Position numbers and translations under genes: made by a program | From: Macrostomum lignano | Lineage: Eukaryota | Reading direction: 5' to 3' | Length of the DNA: 54,052 nucleotides | Assembly: GCA_002269645.1 (NCBI GenBank) | Contig: NIVC01004229.1 | Coordinates: 1 to 54,052 of the forward strand | Shown: piece after piece, positions 1 to 23,208 of the stretch | Layout: each line of letters begins with the position of its first letter | Numbering within the stretch: the first letter of the stretch is position 1 | The notes under the pieces: model-generated | What the model saw: the letters and a program-made list of their open reading frames with translations, nothing else | What the model was told of the DNA's origin: nothing | Databases searched by the model: none

Positions 1-79
1 GTTGACACTGCCCGTTGACACTGCCCGTTGACACTGCCGTTGACACTACCCCTTGACACTGCCCGTCGACACCAGTGTC
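1..79. repeat. 13-bp tandem repeat (GTTGACACTGCCC) x~5, ending in a short inverted copy CAGTGTCAA
   Basis: Read directly from the sequence; truncated by the window start. Confidence 0.85.
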
Positions 80-455
80 AATCGAGTGTCATTATTGGCC
101 CAAAGATTTTTTACCCGGGTGAGTGCGTTTGCACACGGAATGGAACCAGGTGTCGTTGCGCGAGAGTCAGACGCGTCTCAATTTGAGTACTAACCGCGAC
201 TAATTAATGCTTAACTTTGAATTCTGCAACTGGCTGGACTGACACAGAATATAAGCAGTTCATCAAATATGCGGCTGGCCATCTGCAGCAATGCCCCAGT
301 GTATACAGACTGCATTCGCGATTTTGAATTATTTAGCTATTAAAGCCTCCCATAGGAGAAACTGCCGCGCTCGGAGGAGTCATAAAATGGTACTAAAAGC
401 AAACAGAAAAAAGCCGGCCAAGGCTGTGAATAGAATTGAATTAAGTTGATGAAAA

Positions 456-488
456 ACTGACTGACTGACTGACTAGCTAGCTAGCTAG

Positions 489-538
<50 letters not shown>

Positions 539-562
539 GACTAACTAACTAACTAACTAACT

Positions 563-593
<31 letters not shown>
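456..593. repeat. Compound tetranucleotide microsatellite (CTGA)n-(CTAG)n-(CTAA)n
   Basis: Read directly from the sequence; lies in a spectrin intron. Confidence 0.9.
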
Positions 594-688
594 TCTCCAT
601 TTTCTCTACCAGAAATTGAGTCGCTGCGCCGTTTGACAGCTCAGTAACTACTGCACAATAACAGCACAAAGAATAAGCAGAAAGTCAC

Positions 689-12144
<11,456 letters not shown>

Positions 12145-12715
12145 CTGCAACATATGGTCCGGGTTTGCAGAGTGCCTAATGCAGAAAGCTTCAGCTTCTT
12201 AGTATAAATCTGCGCAGCACACACACAGCAAATAAGACGGCTTCTGTCACTAAGGCTGTACAAATTTGGCATTAGCTAATAGATATGTTGAAAACATTGC
12301 AAAGCAATAGAATGTGTGTGAAATGGCCCAGATTATTACCAGTGGCTTGTTTATAGAGAATCTAGACTAGAAAAAAACGAGATAGGCTAATAGTTTAACA
12401 CTGTGAACTTTGACTCATTACTATCTAACATAGCTAGCTAACCATGAAATTATGCAAAAACAAAAACAATTAGCAATACAATAACTAAAACTCGTCACAG
12501 TTTGTTTCTAAAACTATTTGTATTCTAATATCTAAGTAATAAAATAAATTATATCAATTTAGAATAAATTACATCAAAGTGAATTGAAAACTAGCTATAA
12601 TTTGTATACCATAAAGATTAACATATCATGAATGTATTACTGATACTTTCAAACTTAAGCTTCATTTCAATCTAGGCAAGAATTAATAATAAACTAATAT
12701 AAAATAGGTCTTTAT

Positions 12716-12949
12716 CATACATGCACAAAACCCAGCCAATCTGGTTGGCTAGAGAGAGGCCTAGCCAAGGTAAGTTGCAAAAATGCCCCAACAAAAAAAA
12801 TAAAAGTAATACTAATTAGATGATAAGACATTTAGTTTAATTATAATATTATAATAATGGCTACTCAGATGGTTTTCAGAGGTAAATCACATTTTGGTCT
12901 AAAAGTAAGTTGCATAGCCAGTGCAAATTAGTCCAGTTGCACATTCATG
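12716..12949. mobile_element. hAT-type MITE, decayed copy
   Basis: Starts CATACATGCACAA, ends GTTGCACATTCATG; perfect 8-bp TSD GTCTTTAT (12708-12715, 12950-12957); internal similarity to the 49196-49489 copy. Confidence 0.75.
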
Positions 12950-13653
12950 GTCTTTATGGCTTTATTGAACTTTAAGGCTTAGGGTTAGTTATAAATTAGT
13001 GGTTAGAGTTTGATTCTTGACCCATTTAGAACAATTTGTGGCCTTGATCAGAACATTTGACTCTACCGTTGCTTCAGTTCACTTAGCTATAAAATGGGTG
13101 ACAGCATTAGCTGAGATAATTGAGGACCTATGTGGTGACCCCCAGTCCTTAGACTGAACAGCCATATGTAGCTTTCAGATGTGCCACACAATAACTATAG
13201 CTGAGCTATTGGTTGCACATTTGCCTATTAGGGTGGATGTAATCAATTATTACATTATATTATTATTAAAATTTTTAGTCAATAAAATCAATCTTTATTA
13301 AGAACCTTTCTACCTAAAAAATCCTTATTCCTTGATAGATACCAGGTATTTATGGACTTTTTAGTTGAAGAATTTTCCAAAATACATGGAATAAATCAAC
13401 CAAATCTTGAACAGGTCTCCATGTCTCTATTCAAGTTTAGGTTGATATATAAAAACAATCTATAAAGAATCTTCCAAGTTCCAACCCTAAAGCCTAGCTA
13501 TTCTTCATGCCCTAATGGTTGGCTTTAAACAATATATACTTCAGTTGAAGCTATACAAAAATGAAGCTTAAATTAAAACTAAAACTATTGAAAAGCCTTT
13601 TTGGAAATAAAATTCTGATCTTATAAAAATTGCAACTAATTTATATATCAGCC

Positions 13654-13988
13654 CATACATGCCCAACACCCATCCAACCTGTCTGAACCAGATGGGTGAA
13701 ATGGCCACTAGCCAAGGTAAGTCACAAATTTGAAAATGCAAAAAATGAAAAATTGGGGGAAGAAAGAAAGGAGAGAAAGAGAAAAGGAAAAGAAAGGAAG
13801 GAAAAAAGAGAGGGGAAAGATGAAAGAGAAAGAAAAGAAAAGAGAAAAAGGCAAGAAAAGTCATAAACAAAGTGAAAACTAAGTTGCAATTGGAGGAACT
13901 AAGTTGCAATCAAGAAGAACTAAGTTGCTAATCTGGACAAACCTTGAAGTTGCACCAGATGGGTGAAATTTTGAGGTTGGGCATGTAT
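13654..13988. mobile_element. hAT-type MITE, related copy
   Basis: TIR CATACATGCCCAAC ... GTTGGGCATGTAT; near-TSD TATCAGCC/TATCAACC; shares the CCAAGGTAAGT core. Confidence 0.65.
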
Positions 13989-14000
13989 CAACCTGAATTT

Positions 14001-14530
14001 AAAAAAGTCCATTATCTAATAGATAGTATTACAATAGTTTGCTTAGTAGCTAGACAGCTATTGGCAAAATGTCTTATAGAGAAATAAGACAAAATTGAGT
14101 TGCTTAGGCATATTTATAGCAATATATAATATAAACCAAATGAGACATTTAAACAAAATCATGTATTGCTAACTACAAGGCATAGAAGTGGAAAAATCAT
14201 GTATTGAGGTGTTGCATTGGATTATAAATAGAACTATAATTTTGTCAAAATTCATGGAACTATAAACTTGGTCATCTATTAAAAATTACTAACTGCTAAT
14301 GTCCAACCTAATATAATAAAATTGAAGCTTGAATATGATTTGCTAATATAGTACAATAATAACTAAAGTATATTATAATACTAGAAAGTCTACTTAGGCA
14401 TGATTTAAGAATATATAAGCTATCTATATACTAAAAATGGTTTGTATAAGCTAAAACTAATACATTAACAAAGTCAAATCTTAGATCATAACATTATTGA
14501 AAAATTTTGGTTACATCTAAAAAAGCTATC
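14001..14530 (+). pseudogene. Fossil Tc1-like DDE transposase, heavily C>T/G>A mutated
   Basis: Motifs in the correct order: YWQNVL*RNKTK (consensus W.NVLWSDETK), HRSGKIMY*G (HGGGSVMVWG), VKIHGTIN (V.IDGTMN), I*YNN-LKYI (FQHDNDPKHT), H*QSQILDHNIIEKFW..LKK (WPSQSPDLNPIENLW..LK). Not in the ORF track because of many stops. Confidence 0.8.
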
Positions 14531-14899
14531 TATATTTATAGACCTTAGAATCCAGATAAGTTAAAAAGGTTCCATATTAAAGAATAGGAAAATTCTTGCA
14601 ATGATACAATCAATTGATTGACAGTTATAGAATTCAACAACAAGCTATTATTGTGACTAAAGATTGAGTTACAAAGTATTTAGCTATTGTCAAAAATTGC
14701 CAATGAACAAGTCAATAATTTGTTTACTAGTAGTTTTCTTGTTTTTGCTCAATTGTTTCTTAACTATACAATACTTTGCTAACAATGAAAAAATTTTGAC
14801 ATTATAATGACTATCCTTATTGAATAAAACCAAAGAAAAATTACATAGGCCTATATTAAAATAAATAAATGCAATTTTTGTGAAAACTTAATTAGGATT

Positions 14900-15140
14900 T
14901 ATATATGCACAACTACTAGCCAACTTGGCTACAATAAATTGTAGTAGACCAAGGGTAAGCTGCAAAAATACCTATCTGAAAAAATATAGATAGTAGTACT
15001 AATTAGATAATGACTCTTAATAAGGCATTTAGACTAAAAAGACAGTCATAGTTATTCTTGCCATCTTACCAAAATTGTATTGGTTTTTGCTATATGGTTT
15101 TTTCATAGATAAGTTGCACTTTTAATAAAAAAATAAGTAA
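14900..15140 (+). mobile_element. hAT-type MITE, most decayed copy (right end unclear)
   Basis: TATATATGCACAAC start; AAGACAGTCATAGTTA core shared with the 49196 copy. Confidence 0.6.
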
Positions 15141-15357
15141 AAAAAAGAAAAAATGCAATTAGCCTATACCAAAGATAAGTAAAAAACTATAGTGATTTGG
15201 GCTATTGTTTTTTATCAATTATTAGTCTTAGCAGATAAAACTACTTTTTTATCAAGAAATAGGAAGCAGTACCTAGTTCTATAGTCTTAGGCTAATGGGA
15301 TTGACTTAAATAAGTTTTAAAATATTTTTTAAAGTTGTATAAATGGTATCTTATATA

Positions 15358-16340
15358 TGAGGGGTGTCCAAAAAGTAGTGATACTTTTAACTGTAGCTCT
15401 TGTTCTATAGCTTCCTGTGATTTAAAATTTTATGAACTGATAGCGGCAAATCTCTTCTACAGACTGCTTTTTGAATTTTTAAAATTGATACCAGAGAACA
15501 AAAGTTATACCCACAAAAGTAACAGTACCTGTACCATAGAGTTACACAAACTATATCAAAATTTATGATAGTCGACTTCTGCACTTATTCATTAAGAAGG
15601 CATCAATAAATGTCTTATTTAAGCAATACCAAAGCCCAATTGCAAAATGATGCTCACTGTGACTGACTGAAATTTGTCTATGGACAGAATCATGTGCAGA
15701 AAAAAAGCATTAAATTCATTACTTTACTTGCAAACAGAGGAGCTTGCATTTTGCAACTGATTTCATTGCCCATACTCGACAACACACATGGATGTGCACT
15801 CAGTTGTTGCTCAGCAAAGTACTATCTTCACTCTTTGGGGTGCTGGCCATAGTGCCTCAGAAATTCACGCAAAACTTTGCTCTGCGCATGGATCCTCTGT
15901 GGTCAGCAAAATGACAGTTTATTGATGGATGGAGCAGTTCAGTGAGGGAAGGACTGACTTGGCAGATCAGCATTGGATGGGGCAGCCATACATTCATTGA
16001 CCTGATGTACTGGCAGACTCCATTCTGAATCTTCTTGACAAGGACTCCCGAATGACCATTAGAGAGATCGCTGACAGGTTGGACAAGCCGAAATCAACAA
16101 TTCATCAAAGCTTACTTGGCATGGATCTTGTGAAGCTCAGCCTATAATTTGTGTAACTCTATGATACAGGTACTATTACTTTCATGGGTATAACTTTTGT
16201 TCTCTGGTATCAATTTTAAAAATTCAAAAAGCAGTCTGTAAAAGAGATTTGCCGCTATCAATTCATAAAATTTTAAATCACAGGAAGCTATAGAACAAGA
16301 GCTACGGTTAAAAGTATCACTACTTTTTGGACACCCCTTG
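15358..16340 (+). mobile_element. Non-autonomous mariner derivative with 198-bp TIRs and a truncated transposase N-terminus
   Basis: TIRs 15358-15555 and 16143-16340, TA TSD both sides, terminus (C)GAGGGGTGTCCAAAAAGT. Internal 15788-16141 reads MDVHS...GHSASEIHAKL...SKMTVY*WMEQFSEGRTDLAD...DSRMTIREIADRL..PKSTIHQSL, the mariner double HTH. Confidence 0.9.
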
Positions 16341-16490
16341 TATTTGAAATAAGTCCTACATTATACTTCTTATAATAATAAAAAATATATATATTTGTAT
16401 ATTTTATAATATAATATAAAGCATAATATCAAATTTATATAACAAAATCTAAACTATACACTAAATTCTCTATAGCTATATCTGTATATC

Positions 16491-17175
16491 TCTACATATA
16501 AAAATCAAAACTCTGTGTGTGTGTGTGTGTGTCTGTCTGTGTGTGGACAATTTTGATCGCTATGGACTCCCAAACCGCTCAACCAAATTACACCAAACTT
16601 TACACCCACCCTAAACTTACTACGGAGAATGTCTTAGGCTACCTTTAAATTTCCTAGACTCAAGTCTTCCTACCTAAAAGTACAAAAAACTGCTCAAAAT
16701 GCGCGATTTTTTCACTAAATCCTCCATAGCGCCGCTCCACTTCTACCGATTCTCTTCAAATTTGACACAGATAATCTTAAACTATTTTGGCACAATCATG
16801 TAAAATTTCGAGTCTCAAAGTTAATCCTGAACGGCGCTGTGCACTTTTAAAGTTAGGCTGTTTTTTTCAGCGTAGCAACCACCCCAACCTCCGCCCGCCT
16901 GCCTCTCTTTCCCGATCCCGATCCCAGATGTGTAAAAGGGTTTCAAAATTGACTAACTTTCAGCTGCCATAAGTTTGCTCCACGTAAAGCGATTGACTCC
17001 CAACTTGATACAATTCTTCATTGACTCATTCTCTATCTAAATGTAAAGTTTCAACTCTGTAACTCAACCGAAAAAGAAACTGTAAGCATGTGAAGTTTGT
17101 CTGCTTTTTCTGTTGTTTGTGCCACTCACTCACTCATTCCCCCAGAGCCAGACGAAGGGTCAGGCGATAGGACTG
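16491..17175 (+). mobile_element. Possible non-autonomous Helitron/DINE-1-like element
   Basis: Starts TCTACATATAAAAAT followed by a (GT)/(GTCT) microsatellite and an AAACCGCTCAACC...ACCAAACTT block, a layout I associate with such elements; the 3' end is poorly defined. Confidence 0.4.
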
Positions 17176-18109
17176 AATGTACATAGCAAATGTACAGTGT
17201 TTTGGAAATAACTTTATTTATAACCTTCTCTGCACCCCGAGAGTGGAGAGGCTGCGTTTAGCCATAACAGTTTAGTGAGAAATTCTAACCACTGCCCTCC
17301 CCTCCCCTCTGTATTGGCAAACTCTGCAGAGTTTAACACTGGATGGCAATTGGCAAATCGAGGAATCCAGCATGGTTTGTAAGAGCGAAATATTTATGAA
17401 AAGGCGATGCGATGCAATGCAATACAACCCTAGGCACACCATGGAAATTTTAGGTTTCTTTTAAAGGTACTGTGTAAATTTTAAATGGCCTCCTAAGAAA
17501 TGCGTATTTCCTTGGTTGTTAGACTGATACAGACTGCAGTGGAGCTGAAGATACACAAATTCCTTTCAGGGCTGCAAATTGGCAAGAAAGATGACGTGAT
17601 CAAAGCATGAGAATAACGATGAGAGTAGTTTTTTTTATTAAAGGCAGGGGGGTGTGTGCACCCTGGCGCACTTTAAGCGACATAGGCACACAACCGGCGA
17701 GAGGCATTACTGCCCATTCCGCCGACTCCCCTGAGCAGGCATACAAGCGCGCAGATACATACGCAGGCACACACTCACACAGGAGTGTACAGCGGCCCTA
17801 CTTTATTTTATCGCTAGGCATGTACACTTCACTGCGCCTTGAGGGGTTGGCTCTCAAGGCCGTTAATTGCATGAGCAGAGCCAAGCCGAGATTCCAATTC
17901 GGCCCCAAATTAATGTGACTGCACTTGGAATCGAGCCTGGGTCGCTGGCATACCAGAGCCTGCGCTAGACCGCTGGGCTACGGCCCCCCCCCCCCGATGA
18001 GAGTAGTACGTCCCACAAACTTGCTTTCGAAGCAGGGATTGGCAGACTTTTACTTCAAAAGCCAGATAAAGAATCCAGCTTATGTGCGGACCAGATGAGA
18101 GTGGAAAAG

Positions 18110-19170
18110 AAAAGGAATAGACTATTAGCAGAGAGGAGAGGCGAGAGGGGGATAAGAGAAAACATGGAAGATAAGAAGATAAGAAGATAAGTGGTGAGCA
18201 GAGAGCAGAGAAGAAGGGAGGAAGAAGCGAGAGGAGGGGAGAAAGGAGGGAGAGGAAAGAGTAAAGGTGAGAAGAGGGGAGAGATGAGACAGAGGATCGA
18301 TGAGAGGAGAGTAGAGAAGAGTGAGAAGAGAGTAGAGATGAGAGAGCAGAAAGAAGATGACAGAGGGTCAAGAGGAGAGGAGAGAGTAGAAAGGATAGAG
18401 AAGAGAGGAGATAAGAGGGGAGAGAGGAGTGAGAAGAGAAGAGATAGAGATCTGAGAGGGGTGTAAGAAGAGGGGAGAAAGGAGAGATGAGATTGTAGAG
18501 ATGAGACAAATGAAAGGAGAGATGAGAGAGTAAAGATAAGAGATGAAAAAGGTGAGAGGAGAGTGCAGAGAGACAAGAGAAGATAATAGAGGAGAGAGAG
18601 TATAGAAGAGGGAAGAGAAAAGAAAAGAGGAGTAAGGAAAGAGAAAGAGGAAAGAGGTGAGAGAAGAGACGAGAGAAGAGGGGAGAGAGGAGAGAGAGAG
18701 GAAAGAGTAGAGAGGAGAGAGGAGAGAGTTAAGAGAAGAGAGAAAAGAATAGAGAGGAGAAGGAAGAGACGAGAGAAGAGGGGGAGAGAGGAGAGAGAGG
18801 AGAAGAGAGAAAACGAAAAAATAGAGAGGAGAGAGGAGAGGAGAGAGAAAAGAAAAGGGAAGAGATGAGATAAGAGATATGAAAGAGAAGAGAGATGAGG
18901 GAAGATACGAAAGAAGATAGGAGAGAGGAGAGGAGAGAGAAAATGAAAGAATAGAGAGGAGAGAGGAGAGGAGAGAGAAAACGAAAAGTAGAGAGGAGAC
19001 AGGAGAGAGGAGAGAAGAGAGAAAACGAAAAGTAGAGAGGAGAGAGAGAGGAAAGAGTAGGGAGAAGAGACAAGAGATGAGAGATGAGGGAAGATATGAG
19101 AGAAGAGAGGAGAGAGGAGAGAAGAGAGACGAGGGACAAGAGAGAAGAGAGGAAACAGAAGAGACAATAG
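18110..19170. repeat. Degenerate GA-rich polypurine tract (~1.05 kb)
   Basis: The + strand is almost only A/G; the long S/L/F ORFs are artefacts of this. Confidence 0.9.
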
Positions 19171-21502
19171 AAATTTTAAAGGATCTAAGGGACATAGGGA
19201 GAGTCAGGGAGAGGCCAGAGTTTGCCAATACATGTTTTAGAGTCAGACAGACATTGCCTGACATTCTGTGCAGTACCCCAGCCAACAATATCAATGTTTG
19301 CCTCAAATCCTAATTTTGCACGAATGTGTCCATTTTATGTCTACCTCTATCCTACTAACTATTAACAAGTTTTTGTTTGTGTATGACCTTAGATTTCAGA
19401 ATACATGCAAAAGTAGTTCCGGGGATTGAAATTCCCCGGGTTCAAAATCCGCGGGTTTCAACAGCTTGTATAAACATATAATATATATATATATATTATT
19501 TGTCAAGGGTTAGTAAAATGGATGTACAACTCTTTACTATATCTAGATACCTAGACCCCCTGCAACTAAGTCAAGTAAGTTATGCCTATATTATTATTAT
19601 ATTTTTAATATAGATCTTTAATGCATCTTTAATTCTTTAGTTTTTTATATTTAACCTAAATTAAAAGTCTAATATAGACTATATATTTGATACATAGGCA
19701 CAAAAGGATGTAAGACCAAGACCACCATATACTAAGACTGCTATACTTGAGGAGCTAAGGGAGGAATTTAGTTCAATATGTTATTAGATAGTGCTAAAAA
19801 AGATAAATAGGTAGGAAAGCCAATAGGGTGAGGCTGCGAGAGGTTTTCAACCAACTTTGGTGAAAGTCAATAATGGCGAAAAATATTTTTGCAATAACCA
19901 TTTTGTCTAAAGCTAACCATTTTAGCAAAAAATTTATTTGAAGCTTTGCTGAAGAGTTTTTTGTTTTAGAGGAAAGTTAAAAAGAAAAACAACAAACTTT
20001 ATAAAGACTAATTTTATTGTGACATGTTTTTGTTTTGTTGCAGTTTAATTTAGTTGTTTTATTAGATGCCCTTCCATTATGGCAAATTTTCAAAGTACAA
20101 TTTTGAACTTTAACTTTCCTAGGGGGTAGGCCCTAGGAAAATGCGTGCACACATTTTTGGAGCAGCGCGCAAGTGCACAAGCCAGCCGTAAAAATAAGTC
20201 ATAATGCAGATCTTTGCCCATGCGCTAAAAATGTAATTTTTAGTTTTTTAATTCTATGCCAACATAAATTAAAAAGTTGTAGTTTAAGTGTAAAGTAGCT
20301 TGAACACTATTTTTTAGAGAAAATTTCACTAACTTTAAAGTAACTGTTTTTGCTAAAAACTATTATACTTTGTTTTACTTTTGTTTTAAATTTCTGGCAT
20401 AAAAACAACCTTCTAGACTATGAAAAGTAGGAGAACTTGAGTGCGCATACACCATATAGCACTTAACCATGTTGAATGCATGTAAAAGTCAAATCCTATC
20501 TGTGATTCTGCGGCAAACAGCTTCTTGCGCAAGTGCATTTAATGGAGTACGCACACACCTTCTTTAAGAGTGCGCACAAATGCATAACAACTTTTGTGCA
20601 AGAATTCCATCTTGGGGCCTAGGCTTTTAAAATTCCTCATCAAATTAAATCAAAATAGTAAGGAATTATAGTTAGACATTGCAGATTTTAGCAGAGTACT
20701 TATGCACACCTTCCAAATTGGAACTATTTGAGTTGCAGTTTAGTACAGTACAACTGTAGTGTAGAAATGTGAAAATTATTGTCAAAAAAGTAAGAAAATA
20801 AAGAAAATACAGCCCTACTGTTAATTTAATGAGCTAATCTGCCCTATTTAAAACCATAAATAGCAAATACACAACAAAAAAAACACTAAACAATAAATTT
20901 TATCGAATTATACAGATCCTAAAAATGGAAGTATAACTGTCAAACTGTCAAAATTAAGAAAAATAGGCCTACTTGATGTTGATACTTATACTTGCTTTAG
21001 TAAAGGCCTATTTTAGTAAAAATAAGTTGTCTTGCAAAAGCGATAAGCAATTAAAATACTTACATTAATTTCAATATCTTTTGCAAATGTTGTCATAAGG
21101 TTAAATTTGATAATTTGAATATTTCTAATTGCTTTAATTTAGCTCAGGCAAGGATGACTAATAGAAATTTTCTAAGAAACAAAATGAGAAGGAAATTGTA
21201 CAATTTGAATAGTAGTCCGTTACTTTTGTCAGTAAACTTTGCGTTTTAATGTCGTTAGTTACGAAAAAATTCTGTATTATCTATTGAAAGGCCGTGTGTC
21301 GCAATGACAACAATAGGAACTACTGGGAAAAGAGGCTCGTATAAAATAGTCTTTAAGCCTGAAACTTTATCTTATCCAACCGAGAATAGAGCTATTAAGT
21401 CTCTTTCGGGTGGTCTGACTCTGCGAATAAACAGCGAGTGAACTGTAAGTATAAGCTTGTGATTTAGTGGCTAAGGATTTTTTAAGGAAACTCCTAAATA
21501 TC

Positions 21503-22815
21503 ACTCAACTGTAAATGTATAATTACGTACAGTAAACCAAATAAAGCCCATTTCTAGCCCTATCAGTCATAATACATCATCAATGAATTAATTTAATTAT
21601 CCTAAGTGACCAACAAGTGACGACCAACTTAATTCCTAGTGCAGTGACTAATTAGCGAAACATAATTTTGGCCCTCAAAAAGTAATTATGGTAATTACTC
21701 TTGTCACCAGGGTTACCGGCGAGCTTCCGATGGTTCGCGCATTCTAACTTCTGAACCACTCGCCCCAACGGACATTCGGACACGCGGCTGCTGGAAATGC
21801 TGACAGAGTTACCAAGTCCACACGCGAAGACGCACGAACCACGGAGCTACGTACCCAAGGACCTGGAAATGGCTGAATTCGTCTGGGTTCGGGTCGATCG
21901 CGTGCGGTCGCCGCTCGAGGCGCCGTATACTCAGGGCCGTATCGCGTGAAACAGCGAACTGACAAAGTTCTTCGTTGTTTTCCTACCGTCCAGGCAACAC
22001 CGAATCTGTCTCTATCGATCGCCTCAAGCCGGCGCGACTTTCGCTTCCGAAGTCGGCTGTTCAGCCGGCCGCGAACTCGCTGCCGGAAAAAGCCGCCAAA
22101 CCAGAGGAACCGATGGACTCATCACCTCCTATAGCGACCTCTAGCGGCCACGAGTCCAATTCCGACGCCATAATGATTACATTTATTATTAACCTTGTAA
22201 TGTATAACGTCTACTGACTGCTGTTCCAATGTTCTCAATATTTCTCAATGTTCAACCCTTCATATAAAATTTAGCTCGTATTTCAACTGTATAACCGCTT
22301 CGTTTCAATAATATAAGCCATTCCACCATTTTATAATTCAGTTACAGTCTCTTTTCCCCGTGCTCCGCAATTGGAGGGGGGAGTCGTATGGGTATTTTGT
22401 TGTACTTTTTATTTGCAACTCAGTTGTCATAAATTACCATACACTAATTTCCTTTTCAGTTCTTTCTCGCAGTTAAGTTTCTCGCCCCAAGCCTTCTCGT
22501 CGTTAACTCATAAAATATATGCAATTCAATTCAAATCAAAGTTAAGTTGTAGTTTCACTACATAATAATATGCATGGCATTTGCATTTTCATTACGCGGA
22601 ATTTTTAATAGAAAACTCTCAACTATCCCTCAACTGTAAATTATAATCCAGTAAAGTACATCGGATAAAGCTCATTCTAGCCCTATCAGTCAATATACAT
22701 CATCAATTGTGAATTAGTTAAATTATCCTATAAGTGACCAGAGACCAAGTGACCAACTTCCTAATTGTGACTAAGAAGCCAATAATATTGTACTTTTGGC
22801 CCTCAAAAAGTAATA
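21503..22815. repeat. Diverged ~190-bp direct repeat pair (21503-21690 and 22628-22815)
   Basis: Shared blocks CTCAACTGTAAA, TTCTAGCCCTATCAGTCA, TACATCATCAAT, TTTTGGCCCTCAAAAAGTAAT, with several indels. Confidence 0.75.
21712..22215 (+). pseudogene. Gypsy/Ty3 integrase C-terminal remnant (GPY/F region)
   Basis: Across frameshifts it reads LPGEL...SYVPKDLEMAEFVWVRVDRVRSPLEAPYSGPYRVKQRTDK...TESVSIDRLKPA; polypurine GGAGGGGGGAG at 22372-22382 downstream. Confidence 0.8.
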
Positions 22816-23208
22816 ATATGCGCGGCATTTTCATTATGTAAAGCCTATGACGCGACCACTATGCTTAAGCATTCATTTTTGTTTCTAGCAGTAATTTCAT
22901 TACGATTATAATCTGAGGACGCACACACGTACTTAAGTAGTTCGTCCTTGAGTACATGTAATTCATTCAAAAGTACAAGTACATGTACATGTACATGCAG
23001 GCTGGTAGATCGGCTCTAATTAAAGGATCTGAATGTACCTACAGTGGTCTTTACATATGCACGTTATGACAAAAATCTTTCAATCCGGCCGATTTTAACG
23101 GATCAATAATCTCTGTAGAATATATGTAAATTTACCAATGTCCCATAGTACCATACTTTTAATTATGTAGAAAAAACACTGATTCAAGCTTCATAAAAGT
23201 TCAAATTG

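Noticed and set aside
480-593. (CTAA)n, and TTTAG in the 15-bp array, as telomeric repeats
   Set aside because: Neither matches TTAGGG or TTAGG; both are interstitial.
17910-19306. S/L/F-rich ORFs up to 370 aa
   Set aside because: Translation of the pyrimidine strand of a GA tract.
19419-19440. CCGGGGA-N7-TCCCCGG hairpin
   Set aside because: Isolated short palindrome with no tRNA, terminator or TE context.
19705-19760. KGCKTKTTIY*DC as a piggyBac Cys-rich tail
   Set aside because: Too short and degenerate; no TTAA-bounded ends found.
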